A stretch of 64,000 nt of DNA, taken from assembly GCA_949358305.1 (NCBI GenBank), contig OX442314.1, positions 24,428,001 to 24,492,000 of the forward strand, written 5' to 3'. Shown here in pieces: positions 52,985 through 64,000 of the stretch. The notes under the pieces are model-generated. The model was not told where the DNA came from. It did no database searches and saw only the letters and a program-made list of their open reading frames with translations. A program made the position numbers and the translations under genes. The stretch is from Strigamia acuminata. Taxonomy: Eukaryota. How positions within the stretch are numbered: position 1 is the first letter of the stretch; every line of letters begins with the position of its first letter.

Positions 52985-55900
52985 TGTCTTTGCTATTGTG
53001 TATTCCCCTGACCACGCAACGTCCGTCCAAACACTTACAACACTTACTATTATCATATAATAATGGTTAATATTTCGAAACCTGACAATGATTTCGTCTT
53101 TTGATCGATCTTCAAACTAGAATCAACGTTTTTTTATTATCGCACACTGCAGCCAATCAGCGACGAGAGGAAATAATGTCATATAAATGATGTCATCACA
53201 ATTTAATGCGGCAATTCTAATAAAAGTCACAGCCAACCTTTACGACAGTGATAGAATCGTGGCAACCTACCGACACAGTGATATTTCTGGTCGAGTATTT
53301 AATTATAATAGGCGCTCAACATAACCTACAATTTCTAAAGATTCAATCTTTTCTCATAAAAGGTGGAGGAAAAGGAAAAGCTCGAATGTAGCGTGATGGA
53401 GATAAAACGCAAGCACTCACTTTTTGGACCTCTGCAACGCTCACCTTGTTTAAAAGAATAAAAGTAAAAAAGTGTATTTCTCGTCTTTAAAAATAAACAA
53501 AACATTTTCTCAATTCCCCAGCGAACGAGCGGTAGAAATTTTGCGGGTCCCATCCGTAATTTATTGGCGGTGACAGCGCGCGTTCTAATGCGTGCTTAAT
53601 TGCACATAAAAGTGCACTTAGATAATATCGGGGTACAAGCAACAACTATTAAGAGAAGGGATGAAAAAGCAACGTGGCAAGAGAAGTTCATTTTAAAACT
53701 GAATAACTCGAGTTTCAAACGTTTTATTGCCATCGATTGCAATTCAGGGCGAGAAAAACCGGTCCAGAACGTGGCCGTAAAATAGTGCAGGCAAACAGAT
53801 AAGATTCATGTCAGACGGACAGTTTGAAAAGGAGACGAACTAAGTCGAATTTAAATATATTTTCAATGTAAACTTTGCACAAATCCCCAGTAGGTGCTTT
53901 CCTAAAATTGTTGCACTAGCAATCTGCCCGTAAAATCTCGCTATGAATTTATAACTCAAATTTATGCCTGAGAAAAGAGCTCGTAAGTTTTATCGAGCGC
54001 CCAACTCTGCTCCTAGTGGCAAACACCAGCCTTCATCCACTTATACTGTACCGTACTGTTTGCTGATAACCTACTCCAACCACCGACACATTAAACTCGA
54101 ATGCAAACATCAAATTATCAAAATCCCCCCTAACGCATCGTTGCTTTAAATGTTGCAATTCTCAGACGACATTAGCAACTTTCTTCTCTTTTTACTTCTC
54201 TTTTCGCTCTTAATAAGTCACTAGCTGCTTTCAAACACTCATTTACTCTACAAATAACAAAATACATTCTTCAACAAGCACCTGGCAACTAAACATGTTT
54301 AATGCCAATTTTAAATTAATTGCAGTTAAATGTCACAAGCTGCCATTTTTACAGTTTAAGTTTACAATACTGCTAAATTTAATTTAATTCAGAATTAATT
54401 TAGTGTTCTAATTTATCTTATTTATTTTTCATAGATTGGCTAAGTCCTTGTTGTTCTAAGCACGCGCTCTATCCGTTACTTCCATAACTTGCTAAAGCTG
54501 AAGCTCCCACACATAAATTCAGTCGTTGCTAATTGACCACAGCTGTCGCTGCGTCCATAAAATAGCATTTACTTCCTTTTTTCGTGTCATTTCAACCGTG
54601 AAACAAATCGAAATAAATGCATCTGCAAATTAGCCTCTATATTACTAAGTTTAACTTGGTTATATAACGACTTATTTCAAACAAAAACAGTCGAGTTAAT
54701 TATCAAGGAAAAAAGAAACATCATTTCAACATTTAAATTCCTAATGAGCGCAACCACCACAATCGAGTACAAAAGACCAAGTTCGGTCGGTGGTCCGGTA
54801 GGAAAAGAGCATAAAACGCACTTGTCATAATGCTAATAACGAAGCATATTTCACACGCCGACGACCACGCTACGGCTGTAATTAACCGCTCCGATGAACT
54901 TATTGGCAAGACCTAAGCCGGCCAATTAAGAAGAGAACAAAACAATTTTAATGAGGACTAACCTCATTTGATTGTTCATTTCGCATCAAAACACTAGATC
55001 GTTTTCTCTACGCTTAATAAATCGCATTAATCTTTGCTTTTTTTAAAACTAACTCCCATTTTTTTTGGAAATAAAATGACACAACAAACCCTCATTTGTA
55101 TTAGGAAAAAACAAAATCCATTTCTGTCTTCGAATGCCATTCGGTGCTGATTAATCGTATGTATTTTGTTTCTTGACATGAAAAGCAAACGTTTTGAAGA
55201 ACAAATTCATTGAAAAAACAAATAAAAAAAAAATTTCATTACTGAAACGATTTTGCGATTGAGCGGCTTTTCATAAATCGCTTAAAAATATTATTGGGCT
55301 CTATCTTTTGCCATCCGATTTCGCACTAATTGTAATGAACGATTCTTGAATTATTACATGACTACATAAACATATTATATACATTATGCATGTACATTAT
55401 GCACAGCCATGTGCTGTGTTAGCCCAAATGTTCAAGCGAAAAGACAGCTTCACTGCCTGACTTAATAAATTCTACCCCTTTGAACCTCAAGAAGTAACAA
55501 TTTTTTTTGTAAACCCAAGATATATCTTCATTGAGATAGTCCATACAAGAGAACGGAAATAACAACCTTTTATATTCTCCTTAAAAAAAAAAAAAAAAAA
55601 CAAAAAAAAAACACTGCAAATTATATACCATTCAAAAGCTCTTTGCTTTAAACTGTTTAAAAAATGACAGCCAATAGATAGAAAGATCTATTATCACCTG
55701 ACTGAGCATATGAAGTGGATCAAAAGAGAAGAAAGCGGATTAAAGAGGAGAGATAAAAACATTTAGAAAATTAATTTCAACTCTTTTCTTTCTTTTTTTT
55801 TAACTCCGTAACTTTTTAAATTTTAATAAATCCTTTCCACCATCAGCATCCTTTTGAAATAAAAATTTAATTCCCACACGCCACTTCCAACACATTTCAA

Positions 55901-56220
55901 AAATGAAAAACCTAAATAAACAAAATAAAAATATAACAACTCGCATTTCAAACACGGAAAAATTAAACATTTACGACCCAAAATTCAAACATTCATAAAT
56001 CATAACTTAACCAAACAGAAACCAAGTTAAAAACATCTCAATCTAACAACGCGCCTCGTTATTTCGTGCTGGCGACCTTGCAGAAATGTCACGATGAATG
56101 ATTTTCGCCGTCGGCTCCACACTTCTGACTGCTGCCCCCTCCTACCTGCTTCACTGTATGAAAAGAGAACCTAATTTGGACGACCAAGGTGCAATTGCAT
56201 CGATCCAACATCGATCCAAC

Positions 56221-56510
56221 ATTGACCCGTCAATTAGAGCTGATGATCGTATCGCCCGAATTCTAAAAGGAGTTAATAATTTAAGGCCGAACTTACCACG
56301 TTATGTGGCCACTTGGGACGTGGGCCTAGCTCTGAACGCCCTGCGAAAACTCTGGCCGCATGATGATCTCGATTGGAGACAACTCCAAGAAAAACTGCTC
56401 ATGCTGCTGGCTTTAACAACTGCTCAGCCGCCAGTGTTATTCCGGTACAACAAATATTAGGTGTTGCCGGTTGGACCTCCGAACAAACATTCGCGAGGTT
56501 CTACAACAAC
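56221..56510 (+). pseudogene. DIRS-type tyrosine recombinase, internally deleted
   Basis: N-terminal part RILKGVNNLRPNLPRYVATWDVGLAL...EKLLMLLALTTAQ is fused out of frame to the C-terminal part SAASVIPVQQILGVAGWTSEQTFARFYN. Both resemble hallmark DIRS1-like YR motifs. Confidence 0.85.
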
Positions 56511-56949
56511 ACTGGCTTGGTCCCGCTTGTGACGACAAGGGGAACTGCGATTGCGGGGTTCAACAACGAAGTTGTCCCGTCAGTGGCTTTTGGGGTAGGT
56601 ACAGCACCTGGCCCAGCCATCGCGGTGTTCTGCGGCGAAACGACGACCGTTTTCGCAGTTAGCAAATTTTGCATTATGTCTTTTAGCTCGTACACAGTGT
56701 CGGCTAGACATTCGATCCTATTTTGCATCCCTCTCGGCTGAACGAAGTGAAGCGGAGCGAAGCGGAGCGAACGAGTGAAAGCCGATAACATTCACTCGTG
56801 TAATTGGAGGTTTAACAGGACCCACCGACCTCCCTTGTCACAACTAAATTATCTAAGCTCCATCTAACACAAACTAATTCGTTTTCAATCACTACCTAGC
56901 GTTCTAAATGTTTAAAAATGAACGAAAATCACGCTTACCGTCAACACCG

Positions 56950-57216
56950 TTGATTTCGTCGACTCCATTTTGTCCTTCACTTCCTTTTTTCCAGGATAGC
57001 TTTTAAGACTGACGTAACCCGACTAGTAGCGCCATCCCAAGCTGTGGACAAGCTTTGCCAGCAAGGCATAATTAAACAGGTCGCCCACGTTGAAGGCGAA
57101 TACTTAAGTCCAATTTTCGCCGTCCCCAAGCCGGACGGATCCGTACGGATTATTTTAAATCTAAAGAAGTTCAACGAGAGCTTAGATTATCTCCATTTTA
57201 AAATGGCCTCGCTTAA
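56950..57216 (+). pseudogene. DIRS-type reverse transcriptase N-terminal fragment
   Basis: VDKLCQQGIIKQVAHVEGEYLSPIFAVPKPDGSVRIILNLKKFNESLDYLHFKMASL resembles DIRS RT (S.IF.VPK.DG..R.ILNLK.LN....HFKM). It truncates into an A-rich run. Confidence 0.85.
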
Positions 57217-58500
57217 TGACATAAAAAATAAAAAAAATAAAAACACAAATAAAGTGTGTACAGGTGAACGTGCCAGCGACTTTGCAGTACCCACGAGGAA
57301 AAGGTAACCGGTATTTCTATTGGTTCACCAAACCTTTTCTTTCTGCTGTGAATAGCACATGGATGAGGTCCCTTTTGCACACTTTCGATTCGTGGCCTGA
57401 ACAGGCACAGACTTCCTCCTTTGGCGAGACCCTTTTGTGTTTGCCCTTCACACGCCACCTTCTGGCACCAGCAGCGATCGGCAAAAATTCAATTGGATCA
57501 TTTTGTTCCGTTACAGAGGCACTTTCTCCCCACAGAGTCCTCTCTGCTTCCAACCGGTTTCCTCCTGCGTTTCACCATTTCGTCTCTCGACACCCCCGCC
57601 TTCTTAATCCTTTGACTCCTCGGAAAACATGGTCACAGATAGTGACGTTGAGAGAGGGAAAAAAATCCTTCTTGAGACCGAAGTTCGTTTGCGATTTAAA
57701 TTGATTTGTGCATCGACAAGAAAATAAAACAATAAAAAGAAAATTCCATCCATTTATGAGGAAGAAAAAACCACTTTTTCACAGAGTTAAGTGGTTTTCG
57801 AACACTATTTTTTCCTTCTCTCTTTTTTTAATAGGTCAATCTCTTTTAATTAGATCTGCCGGCAATTTCGAAGAATCCTTTGACAAAGATTTTACAGGAA
57901 GTCGAGAAGCGAGAAAAATCTTTCAATTTGGAACCGATCCAACTTTATTCAACAAAAAAAAGAAAAAAAAAAAAAAGAAAAACGCTTCCCCACATATATA
58001 AATTATCTTGAAAAACTCCAGATTAAAACACTCACCTAGTCGCGACGTTCCTCCCACTGCAACAGCAAATTGGAATGGAGGAAAGAACAGAAAAATTGCC
58101 GAGAAAATTAAATTAAATTCCAAGCGCTTTAAGAACGGAAGAAATAAAAAATATATATATACAGTATATATAAATAAATAAAAAAAAATCTAACATTTAA
58201 AAAAAAAAAATCTTTCACTAGATGACTCAGTTTAATTAATTGCCTTTGATTAGGCCGTAATTTCCGTTTCAAAGTGAGATACAGTAACTAAATTCAAATT
58301 CAGATTGGGTTGTCGCTCCACCGTTACGGTTTCAACTAGTGGAGAAAATGGGCACTCAATTTGCAATAGGAAATGAAAGAGACAATTTCAAGCTAGGATA
58401 TCTGCCCCCTTTTTTCAAAAGCTTTCCTGCACCACACCAACTAAATTGTGTGTTGTGTGATTGATCAAATATGTGATTCATGGTCAGCAACGAGATGGTT

Positions 58501-58730
58501 TACATGGTTCAAAAATATATTTTACAATATATTGCTTTTCACTTAATGCATTTCATAATACAATTGAAAAAAATGCATTTCGAAAATGCATTTATGTATT
58601 GGGAACGCATTTCATAACACATTTTACAAAATCTATTATCATTTATAAACCAATAGCATGCAAAACACATTCTCGTGAAACCCAAGTTGCATTATAATAT
58701 AATTCCAATGTATTTTTTTAACCACATGAG
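58501..58730 (+). mobile_element. Family C repeat, copy 3
   Basis: Imperfect TIR CATGGTTCAAAAATATATT / AATGTATTTTTTTAACCACATG. Internal similarity to 30451-30678 and, inverted, to 24202-24462. Confidence 0.65.
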
Positions 58731-60810
58731 AAAATAGAAAAATTACTGTAAAACTGGGGTTAAATAAAGTTTAATTATAATACCACTAATTTTTTCTGCT
58801 TTACTTTTTTAATTTGCTTTTTCTTCGCTTTATTTACGAGCTGCAAGCCAATTATTTAACTGTGTTCGATTATGTCAGGTAAACTATAAAATCTCATTAG
58901 ATTTTCTTAAAAGCATTTGTCTAGGCATGTGTGAAATTCCGGGAAAAAATCGTCGATCGAACAAGCAACAATTTTCTAATTAAAATCAACTTACAAAATT
59001 CTAATTTTTTTCTCTCTCTCTCAATTTCACAACTTAATGAAAAGAAGACCCCCAAAAAAACACAACTATCACTCTTATGTTGTTATTCCAAAATGTACAA
59101 AATTGTGTCAAGATTAAAAAAAAAAAAAGAAAAAAAAACGTAAAAATAAAAATAAAATCGATCCAATCCCACAAACCTTTGCACATAAAAATCCAACATG
59201 GCAGAATGTCGCGTGCGAGGTCTCAAAGGGCAAGTAAATTGTTCCTGGGGGTATGGTTTCGACGTCACAAGACTTCACGTGATCGCAATATGTTGCACTT
59301 GTTTACGGTTGCCCTCTGAGTTACCTACAGAGGTCATACGAGATAAAATGTAAAAAAAACAAAGTAAATAAAATCACTAGAACAATCTGAAGGCATATAA
59401 TCACAAAGATGCTTTGCAAAGACTTTGTTTCCAACGATGTAAGCCTATTGGCCTAAATTATTAAAACCACAAAGAACGCTAATGCTCTGTGGTGGCCAAT
59501 CTTACAATTGACAACAACCACTCCAATGGACACAAGAAATGCTCCTATAACCCAACAGGATTTAGAAATTTCCATTTTAATTTTACCAAAATTTACCATA
59601 AATTTACAACAAATTCCGCATCCAATATATTCACACATATACGGTATTATTACGCCAGTATTTAAAAAATTAAACAATAAGTGATTTAAACAAGCACAAT
59701 TAATTTACACGCGTTTAAAACCAGCTAATAAATGGAAATAATACTCGAACATCCGTTACACACGATCATTGTATCGTCCCATCTGCCATTAGGGACAAGG
59801 AATTACGTTGTAACACGACGAATGCAGTTTACGACAGACGGAATTAACCCTTAATTATATTCAAGAGACGTTCGCCAATTCACCCCGAGTTGTATTTTGC
59901 AGCGCTACTATATGTCCAATACCATGCACACAGACATACGCGACATGCACAAATGCATGTCCCTAAATGCGTCCTTTGGTGCAAACATGCCCCCTCTAAT
60001 GAGAGGTGCAAATTGCCAATTTAGGTAATACCCACATGCGTCATGAGTAAAATAGAACCGACGCAGCATCGAAACCACGTCGCATTACTATTCCGCTGAT
60101 GCTCAAAACACTCCGCTTGGCACCGAAGAAGGTTCTATCAATGCTGAAACTTTCGCGAGCTGAATTACCCCAGTGACCCCATGGGCTGCGAGGTCATTGA
60201 GAAAATACAGCAAGCGCCTCATTAAACAACATTACTTTTTCACCTTAATTGAGCGTAATTTCCGGATTCGAGTTAAATATGTGTTGGATCATGATGCAAA
60301 CGTTAGTTGAGTGTGTACACAAGCATCATTCGCTCTTTAGTGTCCGGAAGGAAGCCAAATATAGCGAGAAGAAATTGCTTCTCACCTTGGCGTGCCACTA
60401 ACCAATTGGACGAGTCACTTAGGAATTCCTGACCCAAACATCAGCCCATCAGTCGAAGTAAACGGTCCCCGTCCTCCTTAAAGCCACAGACAGTTCTGTC
60501 TTGGCAACGAGCCCCGGTCAGGCGCAATTTCTTAATTAAATGGGACAAACTAAGAAGTACTTGCCCCTGCGAACCGTCCACGACCGATCGTTTCCATCAA
60601 TCGAAAACAACATCGGGCCAGAGTCACGAACAACCTCGTTACGCTCTTTTATTCGCTCTTTCTCAATTACTCACCTTCTTTTTTTCGCTCCCCTTCCCTT
60701 AAAATCTCCTTCTCTTAGCACGTAAACACATTTAAAAGATGCGACTTAATTCGATTGCCAGCCGAAGCTTTTCTCTATGGGATTCGGAAATTGCACTCTA
60801 CTACTAAAAA

Positions 60811-60843
<33 letters not shown>

Positions 60844-61974
60844 TTGAGAGAGGAGAAGTAGGTCGAGCCTCGACAGATCAAAATGACCTTTCAGCTTATT
60901 AAGTGAATTAAGCAAATTGAATCTCCAATGGGAAATTACCCGGCACTCAGACTTGCTAAACGAAGGGATATTGTGATGGTATTTTTGCTTCGTTGACATC
61001 TCAGTTCCAAGTCCTTGCTCAATAAAATACATTTCCAGTCGAGTTTAACATTACTTGGAGCATAGTCGACGTCAATTCAAACCATTTTGCGTAAATCACA
61101 AAATTTATCCGAATAAAAAGATAAAAGAAAAAAAAAACAGGAAAACCAAAAGTGAACCGCATTAAGTGAATAGATTTTCCATTGACAGTCAAGTAAACAA
61201 CATCTCAGCCTGAAACTAACTCAACATGTCTCATTTTGCTAGGAGTGAATGTTATTAAGCATAAATGAAGCACTTACAAACGTAAACAAACACGTTCTTA
61301 GTTTTTCAGCTATTCAAGAGCAGTAGAAAAAATACAAGTGAATAAATCTAACATTAAGAGTAAGGGGTAGATCATTCCAATGTTTAAATTTAAAGCAATG
61401 CTATGGTAATGCCTCGTCTCCTTAATGCAGACACGAAAACAAAACGTTCCGAAACGAAAATGCAAGTAGTTGTGTCTGAAATGGCAGATCGAATCGAAAA
61501 CAACCAACAACGAAATGAGCTGGCATGATCACGGTTCCGTAGGGCAACAGTAAGTGCAAACAAGTTATTATAGGACGAGTGAATCGTAATTGAGGGTATT
61601 ACTCTTGCGACAATAAAGTAAAGCACTCTCGCTATATCTAATCTTGAAGATGACCCAATGGAATGGAGTCGTCTGCAAGTCTCCCTAAGGTGAGCGAGAA
61701 ATCTAATAGCCAGACCAGCGCATTAAAATAATTTTTAAGTCAACTAATCGCAATGTTTTTCTTTCCTTTTCCCCTTCTTTTTGTACTTTTGTAGCAGTCT
61801 GTCACTGTCACCATCAATGTATTGGTCAAACACGATCCATAAAACCATGACAGTACGACACGTAGCTGGAAAAAGGTCACACAGAGGTCAGTGCTATGCC
61901 AGAAAACCGTCAATTCTGTATAAGGGTTACTACGGAAGTCCCGTTACAATTTTATTTTATGTTAAAGTCGCTTA

Positions 61975-61990
61975 GCACCAGATGGCGCTA
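61975..61990 (+). promoter_or_regulatory. CTCF-like motif
   Basis: GCACCAGATGGCGCTA resembles the CTCF core CCACYAGRKGGCRC. This is a motif match only. Confidence 0.3.
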
Positions 61991-64000
61991 TTACAAAACT
62001 ATCATCACAGAATATGACACTACAATAACTTTTATGAATGAGCTTACTGCTGTTAATTCCTGAGTGAATACAATTAGTAACCTTTTCTAAGTGATTGAGT
62101 CTCGTTAATAATTGTAGGATTGGGAGTATACGGCGGGGTGCGCTTTAGGTGTTAATCAGGAAGAAGAGTCGTCCGATGCGGGTTTGAAAGTCTCACAAGA
62201 GATTAGACAAATTTACATGAATTTCGTTTGAAAATTTGGTTTGAATTAAAGTGTGATAATCTTAATCACGGTGATTAAATTTGAGGCAAGCTCGTTCTGA
62301 TTTACATTCGAATTTGAATAAGTTTGCCGTTCAATTTTCGATACTTGGTCAATGTCAATTTGCGTGAGTGTGCGGATGTGCGCATGCGGTAAAATTGCAT
62401 TTCATGGAATGTTTAAAAGTTTCAAAACCATTAATTATAATTTTACACAAGTGTGGTCATTCGTGTAATTTTTCACTCCCAATTTGGGTTGAAATAAAGT
62501 TCCATCCTCATCTTAATTGAATCAGCAAATGTCCAAACGTTAACTGAGCAACGCTTCAAGATAACATTCATCGACGTTGTACTTATTTTCTAAATGATTA
62601 ATTCCCTACACGATTTCCTCAGGATAAAAATTATTTGAAAACAAAATCAAACATTTTAATACTTCATAGAATAAATAAATGTATGTACGATGATGTACCA
62701 ATGATTTTGGACAAGATTCAACACGATTTTCTTATTTTTGTTTTTAATTTTTTATGTACTGCATACATACATAAAATATATATATTTTTAATTCAATTTT
62801 AAAGCAGAAACAAAACGGGGAAGAAAAAAAAAATGTTGAAACAGATGTTTTCAAAATTAGCAAACCCCAACAAAGACATCATTGCTCGACTAGGAGAACG
62901 ACAATTTCGCTTCATAAAGCCAAATAAAAAGCAACTTAGCGGAAAAAGCAACTAGAAGGCAAGACAAATGGACAAGTAGACGATGCTCCTCCCTTAGAAA
63001 AGACTTTACTTTGGATGCGACTAAACGCACCGTGAGAATGTTTATGTATGAGCCGAGCACTTGGCTGGAAACAACGAGAATTGATGACGAGCAGCCCCTA
63101 GTTTCATACAAAACTTAACTCCCTAGGCCTGTATATTACCTTCTCTTGACACAAACATTTCCCTATTTCCACACACAATAACCTACCAATTCGCAGCAAA
63201 TCCAGCAATAAAACTCCTACCGCCGTTCTGATGTTTAAATAAACTAAAAACAAACGCATGTTTGATTCATACTGCACCAACACAGCGATAAACCATGATG
63301 CTTTACTTTGACAGCTGTAAATGTTGTTTATGGCGATCTTTATTGTTTATGCGAATTATTTATTACCGATAAATCAACTAGAATATTCCTTTCGTTTATT
63401 TGTCACGCCCTGCTTCATAAATTGTATCTGACTAATTAATTAAGAAAAAAATTCATTCTATCAATATTTGACTATGTTTCAACGAGATAAATTCGAGATT
63501 GATTCGTGATTCCACGAGCAGCGTGTTATTTGTTAAAAATTCCATTTCAATTTCTAAATTAAAATACAACCACAAACCCCGTATAAATTACCCAATAAAA
63601 TAGTGAGATGTTATTGCCAATCATTGCAGTCAGGATATATGTCAAAAATATCAATCACGGCACTCATGCATCATTCATAGTCAATCCATCACGCCGTCCA
63701 TTCCCAACATTTTCAATGAATACACATTTTATCCAGATTTATTTTATTCCTCCGTCTTTAAAACTTGATTCTAAAACTTACCACTTCATCCTATATCATC
63801 TTGCCAGAACATTTCCCAAACTTCTGCAACTCATATTACTCATGGATGAAGTCCAAATGCTCCGTGCAAAACGAAAATTCAACATCGCATTACGTTTTAT
63901 TTTAAATTCCATCCATAAAGTAACGCGTACAAGTCATTAATGCACTAAGTTTCATCACTCATTCTAAAAAGCTTTTTTAAATGCATTTAGATTACAATTT

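Noticed and set aside
60381..60530. Minus-strand exon ending in CCAAG|GTGAG as a coding or first exon
   Set aside because: The donor is strong, but there is no convincing ORF and no evidence linking it to the CUB gene.

Overview
AT-rich eukaryotic genomic DNA from an invertebrate animal, probably an arthropod (inferred). It holds one host gene I can support, on the minus strand: a type I membrane protein of about 930 aa (signal peptide, LDLa, several CUB/CUB-like domains, LDLa, TM, short tail). It is spliced from a coding exon at 23527-23698, absent from the ORF track, and a 2.6-kb exon at 19616-22236. A full-length, very young BEL/Pao LTR retrotransposon lies at 39509-45401. It has apparently identical 299-bp LTRs, a CTTGT target duplication, a tRNA-Phe PBS and one in-frame TGA in RT, and it sits inside the 3' end of a LINE remnant. 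A scrambled DIRS-type tyrosine-recombinase retroelement relic lies at about 56.2-57.2 kb. About a dozen non-autonomous DNA-transposon or foldback elements are also present, including a chimeric MITE and nested insertions. I see no rRNA, tRNA gene or CRISPR array, and no clearly new multi-gene system. The findings are mainly a hidden exon, a uORF-rich leader and unusual mobile-element architecture. All comparisons were done by eye, without database searches.
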